Below, in pieces: positions 30,874 through 41,122 of a stretch of 64,000 nt of DNA (position 1 is the first letter of the stretch; every line of letters begins with the position of its first letter). The DNA is taken from IMG/VR virus record IMGVR_UViG_3300032233_002382, positions 160,001-224,000 of that record; one strand, given 5' to 3'. The notes under the pieces were generated by a model. It had not been told where the DNA came from, ran no database searches, and was given only the letters and a program-made list of their open reading frames with translations. This stretch comes from a virus. Lineage: Duplodnaviria > Caudoviricetes. The position numbers and the translations under genes are program-made.

Positions 30874-32040
30874 TCATCCGCGTAATCCGTACGGGGCGTT
30901 TTGAATATAAGCCGCACCATTCGTCGTTAACGTGAACGGGTCAGGTATCGAGACAATCCGTGTAACCTCAATGGGACCTTGAGACCTGCTCTTTATGGTA
31001 ACATTAGCTAAATATATAGTAGGATCAGATTCGGATGGAGAAGCAGATAAGTCGACAATCGCAGAGGGTGTTTCAGCATCCGTCACCCTTTGAAATGGGA
31101 AATTGTTGAGCTGCTGAACTTTGATATTTTGATATGTGGCGAATGCTTGATTTATATCTAGAGTTATGGAGGCGCTTGAATCCCCGCCATTCACGTTCGC
31201 CTTTGAACCTATCCTCGACAAGATATTGGAACCTAACCAAGGCCACTTCCAGTGACTACCCAATTCGGTAAACAGGAATTTATCGGCCTCTTGAATAAGA
31301 AGATCTGTATTCCGAACTACATCATAGGTGCGTCCAGAGACCGTGTAATCGTATTCTAGTCTCGTACCGCTACATCTACCGCAAAATTGGGATAGCGTCG
31401 TGTATGATATTTTGATATTCGGAAGAAAATTCCGAATAGGCTTTGAGAACAGAATTATGAGTTCTTGCAGAAATGAATTCTGATTTTTAGTTAAAACCCA
31501 AGACGGATAAATCTCCTGGCCTATACCAGATTTACCCGGTACGACTCCGACCGATGCATAAAACGCAAGTATGCGTTTAGTAGACAAAAGAGTACCAGCC
31601 TTGTCAGACCACCGTGGATCTGGTAGAGAAAAAACGAACCCGGCAGCACGGCTAGTAGACCGAAGAACAACGTGGTCATTTACTACTAGAACGTCTAGCT
31701 CGGGTATGGATTGTTGCAACTCGTTTGCAACCTCTGTCGAAGTTCTTTCGAACCCCGGACTTAATTTTATCGTTCGGGTCGTCCCGTTACCTATTTTAAT
31801 CATCATCATATCGGATTTATTATATTCTATCCGGTACGGGGCGGGTTTAGAGAAATTTACTTCAGCGAAACTATATAGTCCCTGTTTCGGAATTTCTAAA
31901 TCGTCTATTTTAACTACTATTTTGTCACTCGCGACTTCCCGACTAGGGTCCACGAAGTTCGAAGAATCCGTATCCAGAGTTTTCAGTTCATCAACTATAT
32001 AGTGGGGACACTGTTTTAATGTGGCAAAATCATAACTCAT
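30874..32040 (-). CDS. gp25-like baseplate/sheath-initiator protein with N-terminal extension (388 aa)
   Basis: C-terminal LLIQEADKFLFTELGSH...LGSNILSRIG resembles gp25/gpW; CPH and CGRC suggest a Zn site; sits before gpJ. Confidence 0.65.
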   Translation of the reverse strand: MSYDFATLKQCPHYIVDELKTLDTDSSNFVDPSREVASDKIVVKIDDLEIPKQGLYSFAEVNFSKPAPYRIEYNKSDMMMIKIGNGTTRTIKLSPGFERTSTEVANELQQSIPELDVLVVNDHVVLRSTSRAAGFVFSLPDPRWSDKAGTLLSTKRILAFYASVGVVPGKSGIGQEIYPSWVLTKNQNSFLQELIILFSKPIRNFLPNIKISYTTLSQFCGRCSGTRLEYDYTVSGRTYDVVRNTDLLIQEADKFLFTELGSHWKWPWLGSNILSRIGSKANVNGGDSSASITLDINQAFATYQNIKVQQLNNFPFQRVTDAETPSAIVDLSASPSESDPTIYLANVTIKSRSQGPIEVTRIVSIPDPFTLTTNGAAYIQNAPYGLRG

Positions 32041-32051
32041 GACGCCTCCTA

Positions 32052-32822
32052 TTACATATCACCAGATTCATTAACCGCTTCTTCCTCGTCCAAAGAAGAA
32101 GGACCTAAGCCATCTTCAGCATTCGCGGCGATAAGATCAGCTTCTCGTGTAACGTCAACCACTTCACCAACTCGCCCCGAAATAGGGTCGCCGGTCTTTG
32201 CTATCAACCCCATCGAACCTAGCATTAGAGCAGTATTTATGATATCCTGCTGTTTGAAGTCTGCGGAACTCAGTGGGTCTACCCGCATTTCTTTAAGCAT
32301 GTCGATTTCAAGCTGGATATTGTCAGAATAATCTATAGTCCTTTTGATTTTGAACTCCAGATATTCTCGTTTCCTCTTAATAATTTCGAGCATCCAACGC
32401 TTGGCGACTTCGGTCCGAACTCCGATATCGCGGTCGAATCTAGCAGATTGCACTCTGGTGCCATCGCTTAGGGTACTCGAATATCCACCGGTTACGTTGT
32501 CGGGATCATTCGTCAATCCGGTGCCAGGAGCAAGAGTTACCGGCTTATCCCTGGTTCTTAGAAAGAAATCCTTTTCCGGTACTCCCCCCATGGCTCTGTA
32601 GGCGGCAAGCAACTTCGCACCGTAGCTGATATCTGGGGAAGCCGAATATTTTGAAGGCAAGCCAGTGTCTGAATCGAAGGTCGTGGTGAATTTTCCGACT
32701 TTCTGTAGCAACATGTTTAAGTATGCTATACGATCTTTAATATCCTGCTCTTGATATTTCGAAAATTTGTTTAGAGCGTTAAGCTGATCAAGTGAGGCGG
32801 TGCCATAAAAGTTAAACGCCAT
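32052..32822 (-). CDS. Hypothetical baseplate-region protein (256 aa)
   Basis: Co-oriented ORF with GGAGG RBS; helical, charged. Confidence 0.7.
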   Translation of the reverse strand: MAFNFYGTASLDQLNALNKFSKYQEQDIKDRIAYLNMLLQKVGKFTTTFDSDTGLPSKYSASPDISYGAKLLAAYRAMGGVPEKDFFLRTRDKPVTLAPGTGLTNDPDNVTGGYSSTLSDGTRVQSARFDRDIGVRTEVAKRWMLEIIKRKREYLEFKIKRTIDYSDNIQLEIDMLKEMRVDPLSSADFKQQDIINTALMLGSMGLIAKTGDPISGRVGEVVDVTREADLIAANAEDGLGPSSLDEEEAVNESGDM

Positions 32823-32824
32823 GG

Positions 32825-35131
32825 TTAACCTCCTCCTGCCTTCAGTAAATTCGCCAGCGCTTTAACCGCATTTACACTAGATGTAACTGATTCCGGTCCT
32901 GGGCCTCCAGCTGTCGCCACGAAACCGAGATACAAACTGTTGGATGAATATCCGGGTAACTTCGAAGGTTTATCTTCCGAGGAACTTAAGCCAGACACTA
33001 AGCCGTCGAGACCATCGTTCGTATCTACGAACAGCAGAGAGGCCGTTAGCGAAATGTCTAGGAGGTTTACTATCGCCACGATCGTCTGTACCACGGTCTC
33101 AAGCTGCTTAATTCGATAAACTAGAGACTGTTTGATTTCATCTATTTTCTTACCGATATCATCAAGAGCCTTCACTAAGTTAAACACGAATTGTTCGAAA
33201 TCTCGCAAGAAGAATGATATGTCGGGAAATAGAGATCCTACCGAAATCGTGCTCCAAGAAAGCCAAGCCTTCTGGGGCGTGACCGGGATAGTGCAAAGCG
33301 CCATCATTTCAGATAGATTTTGGCGCTCCTCAGCAGTGATACAGGATAAAGGGCATTGTTTAGTTATGAAATCCTCGCCTGCCGTGGTATCTAAACTTAC
33401 CGTTCTTCCAGTATCAACATCTGTTTCGACAAAGGATAAAATCGAATCCATGCCAGGCTTACTTAGGCCGTTAACGATTTCGCCCTTAGAAATGTCTGGA
33501 AATCCCCACCGATAATCAGGAATATAGTAACCAGGCTTTTCAGACAAGAAAGTGAGTTCATCACCGTCATCGTCGGGTGCTGGTGTGTAATCATCTCTTT
33601 GCTTGTCGGTGCGAATCACTTTTCTAACTAGTGTCTTAACCCCTCGTTTATTCCAATAATCTGAAAGCCTTTTGTAAAGCCCAGCGTCTGAATACATTCT
33701 TGCGACAATAAGATTTGTTAGCTCCCGGACTGCTGCTCTAGCAAACGGTCCTTCGCAGAAGGATTTACTATCCCCATACGAGCGCTTCCAAGGCAGAAGT
33801 ACGGCGCCTATCTGCGTAGCCTTCCCATATCCAGTTAGCTGCGCGCTACCGTACGCACTTGTTGCAGATACTGACGGTAAGTCCACATTGAGCATCGCGC
33901 CTAGCAAAAGTGTATCGAATATGTCTTCATATGGATTAAATTCGCTAAGACTAAAAATGGGAACGACACCACGAACCACAGAGCTATGCTTGCCAACTAC
34001 CGTGCCTTTTGAGTTCGGATTATAATTCACAACAGGAATAGAGAGATTCTGGATGTCGTACCATCTAGACCCCTCTTTCGTTATGTCGGTGTCTTTGATG
34101 CTTAAGTACGGATCTATTTCGCCGCTATACGCTGACACTCTATAGTAATATGACTGTCCAGCGACGACATCAGTATCTATATATGTGTAGTTATTCGACA
34201 GAAATCCTAACGCTCCGCCTCTAAATGTGTCGTCATATTTTATTCGCTTTTCAAAAAATCGATATTCAGTTGAGTTATCCTTCTCTTTTATGCTTTCCGT
34301 GGCGGGAGGGGACTGTAATCCGTACTGTTCGTATATACTTTCGTTCAGTTTTCCTTGGGCGGCATTATTCACTTTTACCGTCAGTAGTTTTCCTGGGATG
34401 CCGTCGACATTTACTTGTGTACGCTCGATGAGGAAATAAGGATACCTATAAGAGTTTATGATGCTGGCCGTGGAGTTAAAAAACCCAGGTACATTAGATC
34501 CGCTTGAGTCAGCTTGCATCTCCCACTGAAGAACAAGAGAGTTCGACTTTGAACCACTAAAAAGATCTTTGAATGTAGCCAGTAAAGCGCCTGCTTGATC
34601 GACACTCTTGACCGTTAAGTTCACCGGGGAGGGTAAATTCAGCCAAGCACTTGATGGAGTGTTATATAAATAACGAAGCGTATTAATGAATTCATATATT
34701 CTTCTAAAATCGGTCACGCTAATGTAACCGATCAACATAAATGCAGATGAACCCTTCGTATACTTCGGTGCGTTGACGTCTGTTTGATCAGTTAGCTTAT
34801 TTACAACAGTCCTTTCGAACGCATCATATCCGCCATATACGGACGCCAACTGAGCGTTTATGGTAGGCAAACTGGTGTTCGGAATTACGGCTAAAAACGA
34901 AAGACCAGTTGCGTTTATGGTAGCGATGAGCTTTCGAATCAAAGCCAAAAGAAGCAAAAGAACTGCCTTGATTGGGCTGGTAAGCCCAATCAAAAACGTC
35001 TTGACAAAATCAAGGACTAACTCGACGACCTTTTCCGCTAGTTGCAATGCCTGTAATGCAGAAGTAAGTCCATCGCGAATAGGCTCAACGAATTCTTTTG
35101 TGTTTATAGAAGCATTAAGCCATTTCGACAT
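32825..35131 (-). CDS. Baseplate-region protein with helical/hydrophobic termini and FN3-like centre (768 aa)
   Basis: YIDTDVVAGQSYYYRVSAY is FN3-like; amphipathic helices at both ends; GGTGA RBS. Confidence 0.65.
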   Translation of the reverse strand: MSKWLNASINTKEFVEPIRDGLTSALQALQLAEKVVELVLDFVKTFLIGLTSPIKAVLLLLLALIRKLIATINATGLSFLAVIPNTSLPTINAQLASVYGGYDAFERTVVNKLTDQTDVNAPKYTKGSSAFMLIGYISVTDFRRIYEFINTLRYLYNTPSSAWLNLPSPVNLTVKSVDQAGALLATFKDLFSGSKSNSLVLQWEMQADSSGSNVPGFFNSTASIINSYRYPYFLIERTQVNVDGIPGKLLTVKVNNAAQGKLNESIYEQYGLQSPPATESIKEKDNSTEYRFFEKRIKYDDTFRGGALGFLSNNYTYIDTDVVAGQSYYYRVSAYSGEIDPYLSIKDTDITKEGSRWYDIQNLSIPVVNYNPNSKGTVVGKHSSVVRGVVPIFSLSEFNPYEDIFDTLLLGAMLNVDLPSVSATSAYGSAQLTGYGKATQIGAVLLPWKRSYGDSKSFCEGPFARAAVRELTNLIVARMYSDAGLYKRLSDYWNKRGVKTLVRKVIRTDKQRDDYTPAPDDDGDELTFLSEKPGYYIPDYRWGFPDISKGEIVNGLSKPGMDSILSFVETDVDTGRTVSLDTTAGEDFITKQCPLSCITAEERQNLSEMMALCTIPVTPQKAWLSWSTISVGSLFPDISFFLRDFEQFVFNLVKALDDIGKKIDEIKQSLVYRIKQLETVVQTIVAIVNLLDISLTASLLFVDTNDGLDGLVSGLSSSEDKPSKLPGYSSNSLYLGFVATAGGPGPESVTSSVNAVKALANLLKAGGG

Positions 35132-35138
35132 ATATCAC

Positions 35139-35285
35139 CTACAGACCGCGTTTGAGAGATTCTAAATGAGAGAGCTCACGCTTTCTCTCATCAATAACAT
35201 CCCTAAGCACGTCGGCTATTTTGGTTAGCTCACGAGTCACACTCGAGCTATTGAGATTAGAAGGAGCTACCCACTTGAAGTTCAC
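35139..35285 (-). CDS. Small coiled-coil protein (~48 aa)
   Basis: GTG at 35285 overlaps the upstream TGA (GTGA coupling); MNFKW...RELSHLESLKRGL. The 94-aa track version is probably over-extended. Confidence 0.5.
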   Translation of the reverse strand: MNFKWVAPSNLNSSSVTRELTKIADVLRDVIDERKRELSHLESLKRGL

Positions 35286-38200
35286 AGGGATGCCATCGCT
35301 TGAAGCATCAGACGTTTCTGCTGGTTTTCGATGAATTTCTGAGTCGATTCTTCCCGGTTCAAAGTCGACAGGTTCTTCTTCGTTATGAACCCGTTTGTCT
35401 TGTCCGTGCGTTGACTGATCCATAGAAATCTCCTATTATATAAAGAGTCACCGGATTTACACAGATTCTCGATTAATCCTATTAAATCATCCCTGTTTTG
35501 TGATCTCACGCCTAACTGGTTTAATCGAGTAGTCTTATCAGTCAAATCAACGCCGCTTCTCCAGTTAACGGTCTGATCCAAAAATGTATTGGTAGTCGCA
35601 AATGCAGTGGCTAAATATTGCGGAATCAAGTCGGTCATGAAAGTATAACGATTCAGAAGAATGTATGGAGCCGTGTCGAGTGTACTGAACCCATAATATG
35701 GGGAATTGGTCGAAACGGTTAGAATGTTTCCATTCGAGCCAGTGACCTTATAGAATCCCAAGTTAGGACCAGAAGTCACATAGACATACGTTAAATCTGA
35801 TACCGTGAATGTTTGTGTAGAATCAGTTAGTGTATCCCCGTCGAGCATAGCAGTGCTTGAGATTAAATTCTGACCAAAGTATCGAGCTACATAGTCCAAA
35901 ACCGCGAGCTCATTTGCAGGTTTAGGGATCTGAGACGGAGGAGTTATCGGTATGTGTTGATTCGTCGATAAGACTCTGACTAAACTATCTAGAGTAGAAA
36001 GGTAAGACTCATACTCGGAAGATTTTACAAACGACTCTGGAGATGGTGTAGCACTAGTAAAAGGAGCCGTAACAGTGAACTTTGTACTCGAAACGACTTG
36101 GTCTACGGTTCTTGTTTCGCCACTGTTGCTTCCAGAGATAAACGTGATCCGCTCACCAGATTTCAGAGTCGGCAACGAAGGGTTTGTCAGTGTTATTTTA
36201 TCTGGAAATATTGCAGCTTTACCGAAGTTGTTCGAATTGTTCAGATATTCGACTTCGTCTGTAGTGTAGTCCGATTCCGACATAAAATGAACGGGAGGAA
36301 CAGGATAAAAGCCATTGTCGTTGTCCGTTCCACCGAACAATGCCGGGATTTTCTTCGGGGTCGTGCTCACGTTGGTGTAATCGACGCGCGAAGAGAGCAC
36401 TTCGTTTGGGTAAACTACATCTTGGATATCTAAGAATTGCAAAAAATCATATAGATCGTTCTTAATTTCCCCGGTGTCATAATTTATGTCGAAATCTCTT
36501 GAAGGATTATAGAACCGATTATCTTGGTAAAGCGATTCATCATTAGAGTCATTCTTAATTTGATTGTTTAATACTATGCCGCCGACATTGACCGCCACAG
36601 GATCTTGAAGCGTGATAACGCAGGGAGCGTCTCCTGCCACACTAATGATTATATTAGACCCGACAAAAGTGCCATCGTCTGAAAAAATAGATACAGGTGC
36701 TTTTTGCTTAAATGGTGGATTTAGAGCAGTCGAGTCCCCATTCGATCCGATTTGGACTACAGTATCAGAAATGCGTTTGAACCTGAAAGAAGATCTTGCC
36801 GAGACGATAGTTTTAATATCAACGAGGTTCGTCAGACCCACGTTTCCTATAACCTGACCTCGTAGCTCGGAGTCTGCATCTGTTTTATCATTAAACACGA
36901 AGTTCCGATTAGCAGATGTAGGGAATAACCGAGAATACTGTGAATAATCATAAAGAGGCTTGTAAATTTTAACGGATTCGATGTCAAAAAAGGACACTAG
37001 TTGGAATTCATCGTAAACGAATATTCGATCATCAATGTCATTACGAATCGCGGCGGGATTATCGCGGTCTACACCTTCAGATAAGTTAAACTTAAACTTC
37101 CCGGAAAGGCCGCCGATTATTCGGCCATCGTAATTCGCTAGATTGTCTTCAAGGCCATTCGTAAGGTCGTTATAATAAAGCAACAGTCGTTTTGTAACTA
37201 AGTCAAGGTTAGCATAACGTTGCTCATCGAAGTACAGGCTCGGAATTCCTCTAGATTTTAAGTTCAGAGAAACGGAGTATGAAGTAATCGGGCCGGATGA
37301 TGTCTGGTTTGTAGACGAAGAAACGGCCTGACTAACTTCTGGAACATAAGAGAGAACCGTCTCGATTCTGTAATAAAAAGAATCTGGACCATACAAATCG
37401 AATTTTCCTATCAATCTTTGGTCTATGAGGCCATTTGAGTCGTTAGGCGATAAACTGCATGCATAATTCAGATTAATGATCGTGCCTGCGGGAAGGGTCT
37501 TCCGAGCCACATAAAAAGCGAGTAGCGAATGACCTCTCTGAAGAGAACTTGCCAGCTTGATCTGTCCACCATCCGATACGATATAATCAGCCGGAGAGTT
37601 CAGCAATCTAGGGCTATTTGATATTAAAAATAGATTAAATGGACTAGAAGTAATGGCAGATTTCTTGGTCGACAGTAGTGTCGGTGGATCGGTCACTGTA
37701 CCTAAACTAAATCTCACTTCTGGGAAGAGATAATTTCTAGATGCTGCATTCGATACCGATACTGTCGTCTTAAGATCGGCCCCGATTTCCGAAGCTATAA
37801 TTAAGAACAGGTCATCATCAAGCTTTATGAACTGACCAGGCTTCAAATCTAGAGTCGCGTTAATCGTTATCGAAGTTTGATTCTGAGCTACTGTGGCAGT
37901 CGAGAATTCTTGAACATCCGTAAAGGTAATTGGGTCACAGACTTTAAACTCCCCAGCGTAATCGAATTGTATTTCACTGATGAATTCAAGCTTCGTAGTG
38001 TCAGACGTGGAGTCGTAGACTACTGATTGCACGGGAAGTAAATATTTATCTAAATAATAGACTACACCGCCCACTTTAATGCTGTTGGAGAGATCGCCAT
38101 TTAAGACCAGCGAGTTTGTCGTTGCAATAAAAGTAGGCTTATCAAGAATAACTGGGCTATACTGAGTGTTAAAGCTACGATTTCCGCCAGGGCTTTCGGC

Positions 38201-40537
38201 AACATAGTATGTTACGGTTATACGCTGATTCGTGAAAATATTGGGGAGAATTAGTTTATTAGGAGCTTCGAAGTTACTAGAAGTTACTGAATACTCGACT
38301 CCATCCACATATACTGTAAACCCACGCTCTGGTATTACCGTAAGTCCATTCCGGTTAAAGAATACTGTATTAGACCCAGAAGTGTAGGAAGCGGTCTCTA
38401 ACTGAATTTTAGAAGCTAAATACTCTTCAAAGTCTTTCTCTTCGTAGCTAATACCACCTGTCGTCGAGATCGTCGCCGTATATCTAACAAAATAGACGCA
38501 GCCAGGGTCACTAGGTCTTATCAAGCTGACCTGACCGCTAGATGCAATAACTCGATATTCGGATTCTGAAAGCACTTGCAGGGGAGCACTGATAGAGCTG
38601 GCTCTAGATACCACGAATTTCTTCATAGGAGGATTCAAAATCTCCCAGAAGTTATCTGCTATTGTTTCATAAGTAGGTTTAACATCAATAGTCGCCGGAC
38701 CAAGGCTTCGGAATGGTCCATTTATCTTTATGGTTTTCGAATTTGGAACAGATAGGATTTTATAGACGCCAGCATTCAATCCGGCGTTAATTACCGCAAA
38801 CGCATTAGTATCTGAATTTGAAAAGACGTCCGATGTTGCCACAAACGTTCGTTCATCCTGAATGGCACCGTTTATATTACTTTTATTTATGGCTGAGCCT
38901 TCGCCTACGGATTCTAGAAATGTAATTAGACCCGAATTCTTATCGAAAGAATAGTCAGTGCCTTCATCTACCGGCAGACCGTTGAATTTTCCAGATATAC
39001 CTTGAGAAAACACGACAGAATCATCTAGCTTAAGAAAGCTACTAGGAGATGGCAAAGTTTTTGTAACTGTCTTTCGGTTGGAGAATTTAAACTGAGATGA
39101 ATTTATGTCGAGCAAATAACCGAAACCTTGCTGACTAGGGTTCGTGGCATCGACTAAATCTCCGATGAATGTACCACTACCTCCAGCGTTCTGATCAATC
39201 CTGAATCCAATATAGGGAGTTTGCAACGGTTTCGCAGGAATAGGGAGAAATGGGCTTGACCCTAAACCGTCTGAAATCACGGAATCGTTTATACGATAGT
39301 ATTCTATGAAATCAGGAACAACAGGGTTTCCGGGGCCGTTTACGGCGCTACGATACACCTGGACTGTAACACCCTTTTCAATAGACAAGTAAGTGTCAAC
39401 GGCTATGATCTCATATCCGTAAACGTCTCTATCGTTAGTCGCATTAAGCCAGACCTTACCATTCTTACTATTTATGGCAACAACTCCCGAGTCAAGGACC
39501 GGTTCATCTTCTTCGACTATTTCAGTATTAAAATAATAATTCGTTTCGCCAGTTTTCTTCGCGTAAAACACGAACCTTGATGAATCGGTCACATTCCTGA
39601 ATTTAGGATTAATTCCTACATAAACAGCATCTCTTACATTTGTATCAGAAACCAGCCCGACTGGGATCTGAGATAGAGTTAAAGATTGTAGGATTAAGCC
39701 GTCATATACTATCTCAAGTCCCTGGAATTTCGGATCCGACGCTACAAGTACACGTCCTGTATCAAGAGCGACATGAGCTACTTCCGACGACGTCGGAACC
39801 ACCATCTGGGCTTCATTATTAAAATAACTTACGGACAAGTATGGATAGTTCGCGATTTTAAGAAGCACTTTCGAATTTTTCGCGGGTACGGGATTCAAAT
39901 AAGCTACATAATTGTTATTATCATCTATCGTGGCTATGACCCCTTTTTCCTTGCTACGGTCATAGAACGATTGACGCGAGACGTAAACAGACTGACCTTT
40001 AAACCGAGCATCTTCTAAATCAAGAGGATTGAAATTAAACTCACCCGTTCTGGTGCTCACTTGAACACATCCAGCCGGGGGCGGGTTCAACCATCCGTTT
40101 ATTCCGACGTCTACTAGAATTACCTCGAATTTCGATATGACTGGAGATCCGACGGTTACTATATAGGGAGCTGAATCTAAGGAAGCAGAAATTGGAATGG
40201 CTGATTTGATACGCGGTTCGTTGCGTATGGCGCCACATGATATACGCTGAGCGCCTGGGTTGGGGAAAAACCTTCTCCCTACGCTGTCATACCCAAACCG
40301 AATTATCGAATCATTTTTCGTCCAGTTAAATCGTAAATTCGGATCGGATATCTCGAGACCTGAAGATCCGATGCTTTGACCAGAAACCCATATGCAATAA
40401 TCTGATCTTGATGTCGTCTGGTTAAATTCAGACGTATTCGAAGATAAGACTAGATTTCGAGGAGGGTAGAAATATGGATTACAAGATTCAGAATACCTAA
40501 TGCCTTCGAGAATTGCACCACTTGTGTTTAAACCCAT
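35282..40537 (-). CDS. Very large baseplate-associated structural protein (~1750 aa)
   Basis: Beta-rich ORF between spike and wedge genes with recurrent DY/DF..G.I motifs; ATG 40537 with GTAGGT upstream preferred over TTG 40546. Confidence 0.7.
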   Translation of the reverse strand: MGLNTSGAILEGIRYSESCNPYFYPPRNLVLSSNTSEFNQTTSRSDYCIWVSGQSIGSSGLEISDPNLRFNWTKNDSIIRFGYDSVGRRFFPNPGAQRISCGAIRNEPRIKSAIPISASLDSAPYIVTVGSPVISKFEVILVDVGINGWLNPPPAGCVQVSTRTGEFNFNPLDLEDARFKGQSVYVSRQSFYDRSKEKGVIATIDDNNNYVAYLNPVPAKNSKVLLKIANYPYLSVSYFNNEAQMVVPTSSEVAHVALDTGRVLVASDPKFQGLEIVYDGLILQSLTLSQIPVGLVSDTNVRDAVYVGINPKFRNVTDSSRFVFYAKKTGETNYYFNTEIVEEDEPVLDSGVVAINSKNGKVWLNATNDRDVYGYEIIAVDTYLSIEKGVTVQVYRSAVNGPGNPVVPDFIEYYRINDSVISDGLGSSPFLPIPAKPLQTPYIGFRIDQNAGGSGTFIGDLVDATNPSQQGFGYLLDINSSQFKFSNRKTVTKTLPSPSSFLKLDDSVVFSQGISGKFNGLPVDEGTDYSFDKNSGLITFLESVGEGSAINKSNINGAIQDERTFVATSDVFSNSDTNAFAVINAGLNAGVYKILSVPNSKTIKINGPFRSLGPATIDVKPTYETIADNFWEILNPPMKKFVVSRASSISAPLQVLSESEYRVIASSGQVSLIRPSDPGCVYFVRYTATISTTGGISYEEKDFEEYLASKIQLETASYTSGSNTVFFNRNGLTVIPERGFTVYVDGVEYSVTSSNFEAPNKLILPNIFTNQRITVTYYVAESPGGNRSFNTQYSPVILDKPTFIATTNSLVLNGDLSNSIKVGGVVYYLDKYLLPVQSVVYDSTSDTTKLEFISEIQFDYAGEFKVCDPITFTDVQEFSTATVAQNQTSITINATLDLKPGQFIKLDDDLFLIIASEIGADLKTTVSVSNAASRNYLFPEVRFSLGTVTDPPTLLSTKKSAITSSPFNLFLISNSPRLLNSPADYIVSDGGQIKLASSLQRGHSLLAFYVARKTLPAGTIINLNYACSLSPNDSNGLIDQRLIGKFDLYGPDSFYYRIETVLSYVPEVSQAVSSSTNQTSSGPITSYSVSLNLKSRGIPSLYFDEQRYANLDLVTKRLLLYYNDLTNGLEDNLANYDGRIIGGLSGKFKFNLSEGVDRDNPAAIRNDIDDRIFVYDEFQLVSFFDIESVKIYKPLYDYSQYSRLFPTSANRNFVFNDKTDADSELRGQVIGNVGLTNLVDIKTIVSARSSFRFKRISDTVVQIGSNGDSTALNPPFKQKAPVSIFSDDGTFVGSNIIISVAGDAPCVITLQDPVAVNVGGIVLNNQIKNDSNDESLYQDNRFYNPSRDFDINYDTGEIKNDLYDFLQFLDIQDVVYPNEVLSSRVDYTNVSTTPKKIPALFGGTDNDNGFYPVPPVHFMSESDYTTDEVEYLNNSNNFGKAAIFPDKITLTNPSLPTLKSGERITFISGSNSGETRTVDQVVSSTKFTVTAPFTSATPSPESFVKSSEYESYLSTLDSLVRVLSTNQHIPITPPSQIPKPANELAVLDYVARYFGQNLISSTAMLDGDTLTDSTQTFTVSDLTYVYVTSGPNLGFYKVTGSNGNILTVSTNSPYYGFSTLDTAPYILLNRYTFMTDLIPQYLATAFATTNTFLDQTVNWRSGVDLTDKTTRLNQLGVRSQNRDDLIGLIENLCKSGDSLYNRRFLWISQRTDKTNGFITKKNLSTLNREESTQKFIENQQKRLMLQAMASL

Positions 40538-40549
40538 ACAAGACAATAC

Positions 40550-41122
40550 CTACAAAAGCTTTCCAGTTCCTACCATGGCCGAAGGGATGAAAGAACCGGA
40601 ACCGGTTATCACAACTCCTACAATAGCGCTTGGCAGACAGGTATCTATCGCATTACCAACAGCAGTAGCATACTGAGGTATTGCGGTCCCAGTCAGTCCG
40701 CTACTAGCCAGTCCAGTTAGGATAAAGGGTATTGCACCCACTGGAACCAGTACTCCAGCACCGACACCTATCCCGACAGTAGGGGAAGGAACCGAAATAG
40801 TAGCAGTCGCCAAAATGGTACAAAGACTAATGCCAAGTGCAGTCGAAAGGGCTGGGATCATGTTGCCTGTCATGCCAGCTGCCGCGAATCCGGAACTGAA
40901 TGCTGGGATAGCAGTAGCAGGTGTTAATACAACAGTCCCGGTACCCTGTCCTACTCCAAGAATTCCAATGTCTAAAGTGGCCGAAGTCACAACACTTGTA
41001 AGGTAGGTAGCTATACCATTCCCAAGACCATTCGCAAGTTGAACGTTATTCGGACCAGCAACGCCAGTCGACACTAAATTGCCTAATATAATGCCCGATG
41101 CTGAAACAGGAGTTATTGGCAT
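40550..41122 (-). CDS. Extremely hydrophobic Gly/Ala-rich protein, putative spike tip (190 aa)
   Basis: Coupled to the spike gene; only 3 charged residues; three internal repeats. The function is inferred from position. Confidence 0.55.
   Translation of the reverse strand: MPITPVSASGIILGNLVSTGVAGPNNVQLANGLGNGIATYLTSVVTSATLDIGILGVGQGTGTVVLTPATAIPAFSSGFAAAGMTGNMIPALSTALGISLCTILATATISVPSPTVGIGVGAGVLVPVGAIPFILTGLASSGLTGTAIPQYATAVGNAIDTCLPSAIVGVVITGSGSFIPSAMVGTGKLL

Noticed and set aside
35286-35423. 94-aa version of the 35139 ORF overlapping the upstream gene by 142 nt
   Set aside because: A GTGA start/stop coupling at 35285 gives a simpler 48-aa gene.
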